Source: Catajapyx aquilonaris (lineage: Eukaryota). Taken from it: 64,000 bases of DNA. Position numbers and translations under genes: made by a program. Below are positions 36,165 through 50,366 of this stretch, piece after piece (position 1 is the stretch's first letter; every line of letters begins with the position of its first letter). Under the pieces are notes generated by a model. The model made no database searches. It was not told the origin of the DNA and saw only the letters and a list, made by a program, of their open reading frames with translations. The stretch spans positions 62,001-126,000 of the forward strand of contig KZ537987.1 in assembly GCA_000934665.2 (NCBI GenBank). Reading direction: 5' to 3'.

Positions 36165-39100
36165 TTATTGCTACCCAGGACTTGGCACTGTATTCGCACG
36201 TTCCGTGCCAATGCAATAATAGTCCTAAATATAACTCGATAATTGGACCTTTCCGCATCTGTGGCCCTGACGCCGTGTACAGGAAGATGAAGGAGGAGGA
36301 GGAGGAGTGGTAAAGGTTTCCAAAAAAATAAAAAATAAATAAAGTAAGGAGTGGGCAACCCCCAAGAGATTTCCGTGTTGCCGTGAAAAGCAGGGGCAGC
36401 TATATCACAAGCATCTCTCGGAGCCTCGTAACAAAACGCCACGTTTTTTCCCAAGATCAATCAACGTCCTTTGGAGACTGATGCATTTCTTATCACATTC
36501 ATTTATCCCCATGAGAAATTGTTATTAATCATGCCGAAACGCATCTGCCGATCTAAGCCAGCCAGTGACCTTTATTTTTTTTAGGGGGGGGGAATAACGA
36601 TCAGGGAATAATTAGCAGCGACACTGACCTACATTTTTTGGTCCCAAAATTTTTGGGTGGGTTTTGCTCGCGAGTTTGAATTTGTAGTCGGCAGTGGTGA
36701 AGGTGGTTTGGCAATTGGATTTAGCACAGGTTGTCCGGATGCGACTTTCTGGTGGCGAGGAGCCCACAGGAGGAAATGTGGCGCCTCCATCCGTCAAATG
36801 CGGCGTGGTAATTACTCTTCCTCTATGGGCAAGTGGGGAGCCGTGGCCGCCAACCAAAGAGGAATTGCCCATATCCAGGGGTTTCGTGCTGCAGCTGGAA
36901 AAGCCACGATTCCTAGCATCCATTCTCTCTCCATCTCTCTCCACCCACACAACCCACCCATCCCAACCCCCCTCTCTAAAACTACCCCAACTCTGCACCC
37001 AAAAACTGGCTCTTCGGGCTCGATAAAACCCACAATACGTACGTGTGTGTGTTTGGGTGGAGCCGGATATATCGACGGACTCGCTTTTTTTAGCGGATTC
37101 TTTTTTGGCAGTCTAGTAGTGATGCCTTACAGTCTGGATTTTTGTCAGGGAGTATTTTGAGAATTTAATTGATACTCTGTTGATCAAGATGATGGGCCTA
37201 CTGTGTACAGTTGGTAAAGGAAACCGGTTTTTTAACCATGTGCTGTACAGAGCATATGGTATGGACTTGTCTTTTAAATCGTGAAAAGAGAATACAAATG
37301 TGCTCATTGTGAGAGTACACGTTGCTTGAATTTCTCTGGAATTGTAAGGTATTTTCCGCTACGTGCACATTCGCAGACCTTATCTGTAAGTTACAGTTAC
37401 AAAATATTTAGTCAAGTGTGTATAGGCCGATACTTTTTCCTAGAAGCGCTGAATGTTTTCAATGAATCTGTAATACATTACTGTACTTTAAAATTCTACC
37501 TGTATAGTCTAGTTCTGTAGTGGATTGTCCATACATGTTTAATGTGTAATTTGTGGTTAAAGTACTTGAGCACTGTACAGTGTAGATACAATATTTGCTG
37601 CGGTTTTAAGTAGTACGAATAGGTCAGGGTTTAAAAAAAATACTTGTTATTAAAGTAATACGCGTGAAACTATAGCAATACCGATTGCAGCCTTTTAAGA
37701 AGTATAATAGAAGAATACTCATTATTGTCCTATTGAGCATTAGACTGTGGCTTGCTTATTTTTTTTAAAAATACTAAATAATTGTGATGGCGACTGATTG
37801 ACTTTAGCTTTTCAACAACACCTGTCTTTTCATATCTTCCCCTTTTGCCAAAACTCCTGCTAATTTTTCAACATCAATCGAGTCATAACTGGTCTGCACT
37901 TATTCATTTTACAACCCCCCCCCCCCTCTTCTGAAACGCCTCAAATTAATTTTGCTTAATTGATAATGAGAGACCGGTCGTAAATGTAAATTTAGGCCGC
38001 ATCGGGGGCCTTTTCACAGCCCCCAGAAAAAAAATAGCGATTTGAAAAGCCTGGGGGAGAAAAAATGGACGTCGTTAATTCCTTTTGTGTGTGCATCAGT
38101 TTTGTCTGCAGCACCATGCGCGACTAAGCGACAAACCGGAATTTTAAGCGGCCATTTGAACCTTCCAGACATATAAGGAGCCTTCGTCAACCCCCTCTAA
38201 AAAAAAAGTGTCCCGCCTATAAACTAATGATGTTGTAAGCCTACAGCGGAATTTGATGTAACGCATGCTTTTTTTTATCGCTCTATGCCAAGGCTCCCTC
38301 TATAGTTGGCTCTGGGGCCCAGTTCATTACACATCAAAGACTAGATGAGATAACATGGATTTCCACACACGAGTTGAATCGATCAGGAGGGGGGTAGCCC
38401 CCAAAAAACCCTTTTCCCGGGCTACCCTACTGTGCTCTCCGGTTATGCGAACATGAAGCTCTATTCAAAAGAAGTCTGGGGCGTTACAAAAGGGGAATAT
38501 TTGCACGCCAAACGTTTGCACAATAACTTTGAAAGCGGAGATTGTTGTTGGCTCCGTTGTTTACCTTTTCGCTGTTTTTTTTTCAGGGGGGACTTGGCCG
38601 GGAGGTCTCTTAACATTTTAACGTGTCATCGCCCTGGAAACGGATTTTTAAATTTGCAATTAGGCATGGACCGGATCACACGAGTACTTTTCTGATGGCG
38701 CAAATTAAATAGTGCGCGTCGTTTGATTTTTTTTTTTTTTTTGAGCGCACTAAAAAAAATGCGAGTACTAATGCAGCTCTCGGCCGGATTGCGTTTCGAG
38801 TGTGTGGTCACGGGGTTGAATTAATAGCCATTAACCTGCCATACCCTGACGAATTTTCTGGTGTTTGAACCCTCAGATGCATCGCCATCTTTTTTGGAGG
38901 GGACGTGCAAAAATTATTGATAGGCTTTTGCGTGGTGCGGTCCCTTTTTTGAGGGACGTAATAGTTGCAGTCGTGAGTGCAGATAGAAATAGAAACGTTG
39001 CCAGCGGCCATTCGGATCCTGCGCACGCAAGGATTTTTCTTATTTTTTTTTAAAGTCCCTGCAGCAGTCAAGGCGGTCTGCATAGGCTTGGCATAAGGAT

Positions 39101-39329
39101 GGCACGATTTCTAGGTTTCTTTTTTTTAATGCAGGAGGGAAGATCTGCAGCGTCTGGCAGAATAATAGGGCACTGACTGTATTTCGGCAACCGCCTTGTG
39201 CACTCTAAAATACATCGAGTGATATAACTCAATCGTAAATCCTGGAAAGAGTACAGCACAAGATGGGAGCAAAGTTTGTAGGAATAGCTACAGTACTCAT
39301 TACCATTTTGTAAGACTTATTTTGGGGCA

Positions 39330-39511
39330 CAGTAACATAATAAAGCGGAAAGTATCCGGGCTGCCTAACCCACTTCCGGACTCCTGATAGTGCCGAAACT
39401 TGGCACACTGATACTTGCATGCTGCTGATTGAGGGAAAGGTCCCAAAACCATTTTTTTTAAAGTCCTAAAACCCAACATTTATGATATTTTATGGTTATC
39501 GGTATCTCTAG
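39330..39511 (+). mobile_element. Non-autonomous Helitron-like family H, copy 1
   Basis: ACATAATAAAGCGGAAAGT...CCGGGCT...CCACTTCCGGA...GAAACTTGGCACACTGA...; ends CTAG|T at 39508-39512. Homologous to three other copies. Confidence 0.6.
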
Positions 39512-40850
39512 TATTTATGTAAATGTCACTAGGCTATGTAATTTAGCCTGGATCAAATTAATTGGGTCAAATCCGTGCCAACTGAGTGCCCCAGATTTTT
39601 ACCAGACATGTGAAGTGACAAACCCAGCCCTAGTTAAATGGAAAAATAACGCAGAAGAAACAACGCACATTGCGGGTACTCTTCTGTCACTGTCACCCGG
39701 TCCTAGAAAGTCGACCCCGGAACGTGATAAGCACGCCAAAGCTATAAGGCCGCATGCAAGATTTCATGGCGCGGGACGAGTGAAACCAAGTTTTTTTTTT
39801 TTGCGGTCTAAGAATAACTGGAACTGGGAAAAAGGCAAAGTTAAACGTCCTCTCACACGTTCAACCAAAGAATAAGGGAGAGAGGTGTAATAAAATGTAA
39901 GGAACTCCGTATTTTATCCTCATTCATGGGTTCAAGCATTCAAGGAGGGTGCTCATGTTTCACAGTAGGGAGCAATCTCAAGTACTGTATAAAAAAAACT
40001 TGAACCTATTCGCAATACAAAACAGGAAGGAAAATGTCGATATTCGACTGTCTTGTGACCCTGTAGGAGCAATATGTCAGGAGACTCGAAAAGTTATAAC
40101 AGGTCCACTTTTTTTTTGTCGCTCTCCTTGCGGCGACGAGCAGCATTGGAGATGTCCATGTGGTAGGAGTCATGGCCCTATTGCCACTTTTTTGGACTGA
40201 AAGGACCTGGAAGTGCAGGTGGGACAAAATTGGCAACTCTGAGGAGATATACAGTGTCTGTGAGATAGGGAAGGGGGCAAAAACGGCGAAGAGAGAGAGA
40301 GAGGGGGGGGGGGTTGATGCATGGTTCCCATCTCGGATCCGCTGTCCTCTTCCGGCGCTAGATTTAGGGCCGTCAGGATTGGCTCAGACGCGAGATGTAC
40401 AGCCCATCGAGCGAGGCCTGCTCTTGGAATTGCAGTTAGAAACCGCAACGGGGGCCGTTACCTCTCAAAATTGTGTTGCATTTCACTTGGAACCAGTTTG
40501 TGCATGGCGGAATCTGGTTGCACTGAACGCCGGGAAACATTTTCCTCGGATAGAAAAGGAGACATTGTTGGCAACCCAACTTTTCGAGCTGTATTTAGCT
40601 ACTAACAGGGTACCCATTCTTCGCACGGGAATTGATAAGGTTATTGAGTAAATGAAATAAGTTAATAAAATATGGCTTGTCCTAAAATTGGGTTTTGGTA
40701 CTTTTTGAACATACCGCGCCGTTTCAGCACCGCCATCTATGATGCATAACTGGAAGTGCTAGCCTCTGATTAGGCCCTGACAGCTACTGCCATCCGTGGC
40801 GTATACCGGAACTACCAGAACCTCCCCCCCCCCGCATACACCAAAATTCT

Positions 40851-41021
40851 AAAATTTGGGTATATAGACTTTAAAAAGTTCAGTTTCCGGACTTTTCCCT
40901 TAATCACGGGCAGGTTTGCCATCAGTGTGCACATTTTCAGTGCTCTCAGAGGTGTGGAAGTGTGCTAGGTAGCCCGGACAAACATACTATATGTACAAAC
41001 TTTCTCTGTTATTATGTAAGA
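40851..41021 (-). mobile_element. Non-autonomous Helitron-like family H, copy 2
   Basis: The minus strand starts A|TCTTACATAATAACAGAGAAAGTTTGT...GTCCGGGCTACC, consistent with a Helitron 5' TC end. The body is homologous to the other H copies. Confidence 0.6.
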
Positions 41022-41130
41022 TTCACGTGGAGCTAATTAAATTAACATCCTATTTTATAAATAGGACATTATGTAGCAGAAACCGGTTTAACTGACGGCT
41101 TGTCTACATAGAATTGACTGGGCGACACTA

Positions 41131-41240
41131 GGTGACACATCACCAACGTGCATGTAGTACTACTTTCCTCCCTGAGGGCGGCAGTACAAGTAGCCTGTGC
41201 GCCACCTGGTAGTTGGTGCTAGCTGGGATGTGTTGCCAAG
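41131..41240 (+). mobile_element. Repeat family C, copy 2
   Basis: CATCACCAACGTGCATGTAGTACTACTTTCC is identical to the 49113 copy. Contains GCGCCACCTGGTAG. Confidence 0.6.
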
Positions 41241-42496
41241 TTTAGGATAAGCACCTGTTGGATCCTGAAATGTTTTAAAATATATATTCTAATGTTGTTT
41301 TGCAATAGCAACAATCGTGCCCATAACCCGATTCCAGAAGAGCCGCACTGGAAGAATCCTGAGTACGAGGAGCTCTCCATTAATAAATCAGAGTCGGACA
41401 AAAACCCAATAGTGTCCCATTTATTGACATAAAAGCAACAGGAAGACTCGGTTCCAGGTACAGAAAGTAAGAGGGCTATTTGTTCTCCTCGGCTAACCGA
41501 GGAAGTCAGTTTGATTTGCGGCAGTTTGGAAAGAGAGAGAAAAAAAAGAAAGTATAGACGACAGACTAGAAGTGAAACGCCCATCGAGGAAGGACCTCCC
41601 TGAGGAAAAAAAATAGAACATTTTTTTTTTTTGTCTCTCCAAGAGTCTTCTGTCCTTATATCTGAAATTTAGGTCCAGAAACTGTATTTCATGACGAAGT
41701 TGGGATACAACTTCGGAATTCCGTACGAGATAGGGGAATGACTTACGGAAGGGAGAAAGGGATTATTCTCCTCCACCCCCCATCGTCTTTCTTCTCTTCC
41801 CAGCCCCTTCCTCCCCACCTCCTCCCCTTCTCTTTTTTTTCGTGTCAGGAAGCCTAGGAGAATGAAACTCGGAGATTTGGAAATACTCGGAAGTTCCTCA
41901 TCTTCGTGCTCAGTGATAAGTGAAATTTATTTCCACTCGGAACTGATGTGCACCAGAGACGTTCCCTTTTTCCTCCAAGACTTACAGCTTATAGGAAAGT
42001 CATAAAGCACTAGAATAAACGGTTATTGGCATTCTGCATTTTGGTACATTAGTAAAGGGATAAAGTTAGTGCTGCCTTTGTGATGTGACATAGGAAAATT
42101 GTTCAGGATTTATCCTGCCTAATGAACCTATTTTCTATAGTAGAAATTTGTTGGCAATCAAATTATAATTTTTAATGTTCACAAAATATCGCCAACAATA
42201 CTGTTGCAGTGAAAAACCGACCTGTTAGGATAATAATCGCTATGAAATATATCAGCATGTATAGCAGAGCTCTTCGTGAGCTAAGTAGGATGAGAGCCTG
42301 TGGAAAGCTACATTACATAAATTCCGAGGGTCGTAGCTCACCTAGCGTGACCGCGTATTACCATCGGAAAGAAAATGTGCGTCAGAATGACCCTTTCGTG
42401 ACCTGTTAATCCCTCAACTCCACCGAGATATCTCAACTCTTAACAGCAGGAAAGGGATTCCCTGGATTCCCCCGGGAATTCCAGGAGTGATTTCGA

Positions 42497-42579
42497 TACG
42501 CAAATGTTCAATTAATACCCAATGACATGGTACGTAATTGCTGCACGTATTTGTATTACACCCCGCAAAAGTGGACTTG
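42497..42579 (+). repeat. Unclassified dispersed repeat shared with 33331-33417
   Basis: Direct sequence similarity over about 85 bp. Confidence 0.7.
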
Positions 42580-43874
42580 TTTTTTTTTTTTTTTAAATCT
42601 CAGACCCCCTCAATTTATCTCCTCGCTAATTTGGACCAAAATCAGGTCTCCCCATTGAGTGTTTCTTCCCTGCTGTACATTTTCACCATTGTTGGACCTT
42701 GTACTTGGCTAGTTGGCTATCTCAACCACCCTGTACGGAGATTCATCCCGTGCCATTTCCTACACTTCTCCCCGAAAAAATCAAGCCGTAGATGAATCGT
42801 GTCCCTCAGAGACCTCCGGAATAGCCGCGTTGGGGACCGACGCCCCGCCAAAAAAAATTGCGCGGCGTCCATTCCGCTCAATTGAAAATGGCGGTGTGCC
42901 CCGGATAATTTTCCGGTCCACCAGTCCCCCCCAATCCTACCTCCCCCGAGTTATTATACAGCCGTCATAAGCATAGGAATGAACGATTAGAGCTGAGGGA
43001 GGGCGTGAAAAGGCCTCTGGTGTTGGAGAGACCCGGACTCTTGATCGCTCCTCCATTGGAGCCGCCAAACCGCCGGATTATTGCGTAATGAAGAAAAGGG
43101 CCCGGAGAAGCCTCCCTGATAATAACCCCGGGCGCACTTCAACTTTTACTGTCCTCTGGCGTCGGCTCAACTGCTGACGGGCCAGAGAGAGACACCCCAG
43201 AATGAAAAGGGAGGAGGGGGAGAGACTATACCAAAGGAAAACCTGTGCTCCCGGAGAGGTGGTGAGGATTTTGAGAGATGAAGGTCCATTTTGGTGTGGG
43301 GGGAAGGCTGGGAATTGGGGGGGCCTTTCAAGCGCAGGCAGGGGGGGGGGGACTGAATTCATTACGGGGAAACCACGCGAGCTGTAAGATGACCCCCCCT
43401 TTTCTGCATAAATCCGATGGGGTTGAATGGGGGGCTGGGCACAAATTGACACTTCGTGGCGCAATTAGGTGCACGCCTGTCGTGCTGCTTTTTTGGACAG
43501 TGAGGAGACATCTGGCTGCAAGGGAAGGGGAGGGGGGGAGGGGGGGAAATCGAAAAGGAAATTGCAAAACTATTCGCATCGCGGGGGCTGTACTCTCTAA
43601 ATTGTCATCATGCAAATGGGCCGGAAGAAGTGCGAGTCTGACAGGGTGCGAAAATGATGGGGAGGATGTGACGGTGGTTATTGCCGGTTTACTTATGAGT
43701 ATGAGAAAAGGCTGTATAGTGCCAGGGTCAAAGCCTGCCAGATGCAAGGGACATAAAAGTTGGTTTCAACTATTAAAATATGCATTTAATTGTGTTGACC
43801 TGGTTTGTAAAATCAATTCATTTTTTTTTGCATGTTGCATCTAATTATTCTTCGTGGGCCACATAATTATATAT

Positions 43875-44114
43875 TCTTACATAATTATGTAAAGCAGAAA
43901 GTTTGTCCATGTATGTCACGGCTATTGAACACACTTTCGGAGTACAAAGAGTGTTGAAACTGGGCACACTGACGTGCTGCTGATTTAAGGAAAATCCGAA
44001 AACTGCACTTTAAAAAAAAGTCTAAATGCCCAAATTTTAGGGTTATTTTTTGTTTTTATGATGCTCGTCTGGAGCACTTGTGGAACAGATTTCTTTTATT
44101 GGGTCATCTGCTAG
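43875..44114 (+). mobile_element. Non-autonomous Helitron-like family H, copy 3 (both ends apparent)
   Basis: Starts TCTTACATAATTATGTAAAGCAGAAAGTTTGT and ends GGGTCATCTGCTAG|T. No TIR or TSD. The 3' hairpin expected of Helitrons is not recognisable. Confidence 0.6.
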
Positions 44115-47100
44115 TAAGTTCTAAATGTTAACATATCATTTGCCAACTTCCAATCTGCAGTTGGAGTCCTTCCCCAGCCCATAGCTGAAGCCTCGAAGAA
44201 GTGGTCGTGATATTGGATTCCAGTACCTGACTATCATACGTAATCGATGAAAAAAAATGTTTATAATATGGATAGAGGATGGAAAAAAATGTTACCCGAG
44301 GCGCCTACTCGTGGGGGTAAAGGTATGATATTGCGAAGAATTTGATCCGAGATTACAGTATTTGAAGCGGAAACCTTTAACGAAAAATTGCTTCTATACC
44401 TGCCTGCCCCTGCAGTGGATTTCAATACATGCGATATATGAACCAGCACGTATAGTATGCACACATGCACATTCAACAAGTAAATTTTTTTTTCGGTGTG
44501 CAATACAAGGTGGTGCACTGACCATGTTACAATTCAGAACAATAGCCAGCCAAGTCAAACATTCAATTTTATTTGAATACAAACGTTGCCCGTTTTATCA
44601 GAACACATGTGCGCAGTGTTTGTTTGTTTGTTTGTTTTTTTCGTTTTTGAAAGGGGCTAATAACAATGGCGGGCACTTGTGGCACGAGGCAGAATTTTAA
44701 TTGCGAGAATCGTGGCAGATGCTTCCGTTTTTTGTGTGTGTGCCCAGAGAGTGAAGGGGAGGGCTAGAAAACCTTTTTGGGGGGTGTGTACGTGTGTGTG
44801 ACTGCGCGATAGAAGGTGTTAGTAGTGGTGCGGAAAAGCAAAAGAAAGTTTTCCCCTTAGGTGGAAAGGGATTTGGTGATTTACAAATGCATGAGGCTGA
44901 CAGGCAGAGGCCCAGGGCGGGTTCACACAGGGGGTGACAGAGAGGTAAGGGCCCCCCTTCTCTTCCATCCCCCCTCCCTTTTGCAGACAGCTTAACGCTG
45001 GATGAGTCTGCTGTCTCCCGTGGAGAGGGTGCCGTGTAAAAATCTACCAAAATGGCGGACGTGCCGAGAGGCAACACCCAACCGGTGGCGATAAATAATG
45101 GAGGAGTTTTCTCTCCTGCAGTTTCCTCCCTTCCCGGTGGGTTAGGCAATGGCCTGGTCCGTTTTATGGGCCTAAGAGAAAACGAGATTTTCGGAAGGGA
45201 GATGCGGAGGAGGTTGTATTATGTACGTAGGTTGATCGAGTCTCCCAAGATTTATTTTTGAACATCTATACTGTAGGAGACAGTTTGTGCGGGTTTGGTT
45301 AATTTCGTTTCAGGTGAGAATATTTAATGTTTTTTTTTCAGTAGGCTGTTGTTGGATCGGGCCGTATTTAATCGAATTAGCTGAAAAGGGAATTCATGCA
45401 GTCGCACCAAAAGCCACTATTCATAAATATTACGTGTACCAAAACGCCTGGGTATTATACAAGCATTAATGCAACGGGTTTGAATATTATTTTTGTCCGG
45501 CCGTGTCCAGTTGAATAACTGGATCCTGTGCACAACGAATGGGAAAGTTACACCTGAACATTTTATTTAAAAATTCAAAGCAAACTAGTCCGTCCATTTG
45601 TGTGCAGTACAGTACCTGTTAGCTCTCTACTGCACCTGTCCTGATGCTGGTCCCACGCTCTTTTCAAACAAATAAAAATCGGAAATTTCTCATAGCGGCT
45701 TTTACTCATAACACCGCCCATTTTTATATTGCATAAACCTGAATGCGACTTTACACCTAGAGAGCATTTACCATGTACTATGGATGATAAAAAGGTATAG
45801 AATCTGTTATGAAACTTTCAACCCTGTGTGTCTTCATGTTGGCACATTTTCCAGTGCGCCATCCCTTGCATGATTTAACACTGGTCCTGGCCTCGTGCAT
45901 TATGAACGCAATGTCTTAACAGTCCTAAACTGCTTCCATTAGAAAGCAGTTACCCTGCTAAGCAGGCGGCCCCCTTAATTTACTGCATGTCAACCTGTAA
46001 AGTCATGGAGATGCTGGAAAGTTTATATCTCAACCATATTATACAGGGTATACTGCAAGTGCCTGCAGAATATATGCTTACAGTCTGTTACACGGGTCAG
46101 TGTTGCAGTGAACAGGTGTTCGCAACGGCTGCTGGAAAAAGAGTGAAGATATGAAGCGTATTGAATTTCCGCCCTTCACACTGTGAGAGGCGACGTGACA
46201 GTGACTGGTTTGCAGGCTACCAGATCCGCATTATCCAACGTAAAAATGGTCTGGAGTTCTGGACAGGTATCTCGTTTCCAGTAGTACCGATCAGGCCGAT
46301 TAGTCAGGGTATCGCTTGGAAAATTTTAAAAAAATAATCAGGTGCAGGTCTTGACTATATAAGCGAAGGTTTGCAACTTGCTCCTTTCCCAGAGGCTATT
46401 GGGCGCTTTTCTTCGGACTGAAGAAGACAGAGAGGAGGGCTAAAGTAGGGAGAGGGAAATGAAACCACTCCATCAGAAATCCCTTTTGGAGAGAAAGAAA
46501 AAAGTAGTAGAAGAAGGAGAAAAAAAAAAAGAGGGTGCGATATCGCGTTTCGTCCTCGTCTCTCTTCCTCTTTTCTCTCTCTCAGAGCGAATAAAAGTGG
46601 CCTCATCTCCTTTTCAACACTGATTACGAGGCCGCTTCACAATCCGGAGCTTCTTCTGGGGAGAAGTGAAGAAACTGCTGGCGAGACGTCAGCGCCAAAT
46701 TGCATTAAAAGCTCTGGGTGATGACTCCATGACAGCTGGAAATGGTTGTGGAAATCAGGGGCGCCATTTTCCAACGAAAGTTGTCTGTTATTTACTGATT
46801 CACGGTATGGAGAATCGACCCCCTGCCTCTGTTTTTGTGTGTTTCAAAGTTGCTTTGTTGCTGATATGGCGTGCTTTGACTTCTGACGAACGACGTACCG
46901 CATTTAATTATGTGCACAACTTGGAATTCCCACATGATGTAATTAAAATTGTCAATTATTTGCGCCTAAAAGACACTGGGGTTTAATTTTCGATGCCGAC
47001 GGTTTGAAACTGATGCGGTGATCGGGACTCCGCAAATTATTAATTTAACAATGTGGCGGTATACTTGTTGCGGATTTAACATGCGTATTGGATGTGACAA

Positions 47101-49112
47101 GTGGCTGTCAGTACTGTGGAAATGACACGTGCACTCTGTGCCAAATGACGCATCAAGTTCGCAGCATGATTGTTTACTCCAACATCCATTTTAAAAAAAA
47201 TTAAAATTAACGTATTATTTATACGGTACCGGTACTGTACGTTGAGCATTGTACGCCTGCAGGTCATACTACCGGTTGTACAAGGGTGCGGTTGCATATT
47301 ACCCAGGATGTTGGTTCATGCACAATTTTTCATGCAATTGAAGGGGGGAAAAAATTATGGACATTTCCATGAAAGTTCATGCCCTGATATAAACCTATCT
47401 GAAAATGTCTATCATTGACTGGCGCTAAATACATGCCCTAGAAAGTACTTGTGAAACGAGCATGTCGGATAAGGATCCAACAGATGTCGTGCTTGCTGAG
47501 CGATACGGGCGGCATCTGTTAGTCACTGATCTTATAAAACTTGAACGTTATGAGCTCCCCCCCCCCCCCCTTTTTTTATATATAAATCCCTTCCTTTTGG
47601 ATAGGTATCCGCAAACTCCTCCCTGGTGCCCACCTACTCTCGGGTTATATCGCGCCTGAGCCGGTCACGAAAAGGAGGTCACGCACAGGCTGCCACCAAC
47701 CGTGATTGACCTCCGTGTCGCCCCCCAGCTCTCAGAGGCTGATAAGGGACAAAGTTATTGCGGAATGGTCATCTGCAGCGACACGTCAGGGCTTTTCTCG
47801 TGATGACGTTGCAGGTGTAGATATGGGCGGACTTCTTTTTTTTGTCTGCAAAAAAAAAAGTTTGACCTGATCCATTTGCACATTTCCTTACCTGCGTGTC
47901 CAGCCATGATTGCGTGAAGTGAAATCAAGGACACGGTTTTTATTCGCAGGTCAGTTTGCCATTATGCGTCTCAATAAAGGAAGGTGACGGCTTGGGGGAT
48001 GTCGCCTGTGTAAAGTCGATTGACTGGCAAACTCTGCAGGTTTGCACAGCTGTCCTGGGTCCGATGCAAATCCGTTGAAGTGCGCACCTTCCTCGACTTG
48101 ATCCGTTTTCTATTGGGCCGTCTTTTAACGCCTTTGGGCTACGGAAGGGAGAAAAGCGCTGCATAAGTTGCATTATTGCTAAGAGCCCTTTTTCGGCGAA
48201 AGAAAATATTTGGAGCTTATTCAAACGGGCACAGGGGGGGAAAGTGTCTTTTTGTGAGTTGTCACCTTTCTGAATGAAATTTCGTGCATGATTTAGAAGC
48301 TTGCTCTCTTTTTTTTTGTCTGGAGCGGGCGTGTGAGCTTATACTTGGGGACTCGTGATGTATCGCGAATTATGCTGGCCATTTGTCACTCGGAATTGCG
48401 TGGCCAGATAAAACAATGGGCGAAAAGTTTTTCCTGAAAATGATACGCGGCCCCTCCCCCCCCCCCCCAAAAAAAAACCCCCCAGCCCGCAGTACCGGCA
48501 GTCAGAAATGAAAGAGCGAAAAAATAAAAGACAGTTGGACTTACAGGAGCACAATGCACAAAACCTCAGCACCTCTGCATAGCTCATTAGAATCTGCGAG
48601 CATTCTTCAGAGCGGAGACAAAAAGTAACAGTTTGCGGTCACGCTTCTCGCAAAACTTTTCCAATTTTCCATGATTTAGTCGCGGACGACAGCGCGCGGT
48701 GGGGGAATTTCGGCGGATGAAAAACGTCTCTCTTTTTTTCCTTCTTCTTCTTCTTCTTTTCCCCTCCTCTCTTTTCCTTTCTTTTCCTCCCGGAATAAAT
48801 AATGCATGGTCCGGGAAGGATGGGAGGGTATAACGCGGTACAGTCGCAAAAAGGCACTCTTGCTCTTATACTCGACGCCGCATTTGCTGGCTAACGAGAT
48901 TATTTTTCATTTATTTTTGGAAGATGGAATCGGGTGTGATGGGAAGACAGGCTTGACAAGTCCCCCCTGAGCTGCTCGTCATTCTGATATTCGGTTGACA
49001 AACGGCTGCGACGGGGTTAACCTAGGACTCGGAATAAGCGTTACCTGCGATCATCACAACCTGCGCCCAAAATTCTCATATCATATTCAGAATTCACATC
49101 CCCATACACATG

Positions 49113-49249
49113 TGGACTCATCACCAACGTGCATGTAGTACTACTTTCCCCCAGAGAGCGGCTGTATTGTGCAGAGGGAAAGACGTGCCAACTGGTATTG
49201 GCCTATCGTACTACGTCCAAGTGGCAATGTTGCCAAAATTTGCTACTAG
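49113..49249 (+). mobile_element. Repeat family C, copy 3
   Basis: CATCACCAACGTGCATGTAGTACTACTTTCC...TGTGCAGAGGGA...GTACTACGT...ACTAG|T. Confidence 0.6.
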
Positions 49250-50366
49250 TCTTTTTTTCAGAATTGGCTCTGTGACTATGTTTGTCCACGGTGCGTCATC
49301 TATGTGAGGCGTATGGTACTGCGTCCACAGCTAAATTGCACCAGGCATATTTGGTTAGGTTCGTTGGAAGGCAACGTACTGTGCAACCGCCTTCCTTTGT
49401 CCTTCGACCGGAAGACAGGTCTCGCCCCCTATTCCAAAGTCGTAAAGCTGCAGGCCTGCCCTCTCGAGGGACGCATGTGGAGACAGTTGCTCTCAAGCAC
49501 CGACAAACCCAGCCGAAAGAAAAGGAAGGGAAAAAAAGGGGGGGCATGCCATCCAAACACTAAAAGTAAAGGTCCACCTCCGGATTCCAGCCCCGGAGTC
49601 CAGATCCGATAACCCTGGCACATTGTTACACCGTAGTTGAGAGCCTCGTAGGGGGGAAAGGAGGGGGGGTAGTTTCAGCAGGGGAGGGAAAAGGGCTGTA
49701 CGACCACTTGAATAATAAAATGGACACTTGTTTTGCTGTGTTCAATGGGGAAGCAGGTGGTACGGCCGGAACGGTAATGCCCTCCCCACCCTCCCCCTGG
49801 AGTAAGGGGCAGGTGCTTTGAAGGGGATATATTACCCGTGTAAAGCGCCTCCTGTACTGCCTGCCTCTCTCTCATTACTGCACTAAGGCATGGTAGAGGA
49901 TGGTATTCTTGCTCGGGGACCAGTAGTCTCATGGGGTAGCGCACCGGTTTTACCAACAACAACAAAAAATTGAAGNGATGCGGACTTTGAAGCGCTTTGT
50001 AACCGCAACACTGCAATGCCGGAGCGGGAATTGATCGCGTGTCAAAGGTTAAAGAGGCGTTTTATTGCCGGATATACACTGCTGACTAGCAGCTGAAAAC
50101 GTTTGTTGGCTAAATAAACGTTGGATGGTGACACAGCTTTTTTTAAAAAAAAGGGGGGGGGGGAGGGCTTACACGACAAATAGGGTGAGGACTATAATGC
50201 ATAAATGCAGGGGAAGTAGGTGAATATTTGCATTGCTTGAGACCAAAGGGTTTGACGGAGCTGTAGCACTAATGTACCCTGCTCCGACAGTTAACAACTA
50301 ACATTTTCTGTCACGCCTAATAGGCTTATCCTCTGCGTCGGATGTTTGTCCGACCTGATAGTGTTG

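Noticed and set aside
36105..36165. tRNA gene
   Set aside because: A B-box is present but there is no acceptor or anticodon stem; kept only as a low-confidence SINE head.
43078..43844. Cluster of 128-188-aa ORFs (similarly 36657-37160, 40160-40651, 54386-54958)
   Set aside because: Gly/Pro runs come from G/C homopolymers, the ORFs overlap on both strands, and there is no homology or consistent splice signal.
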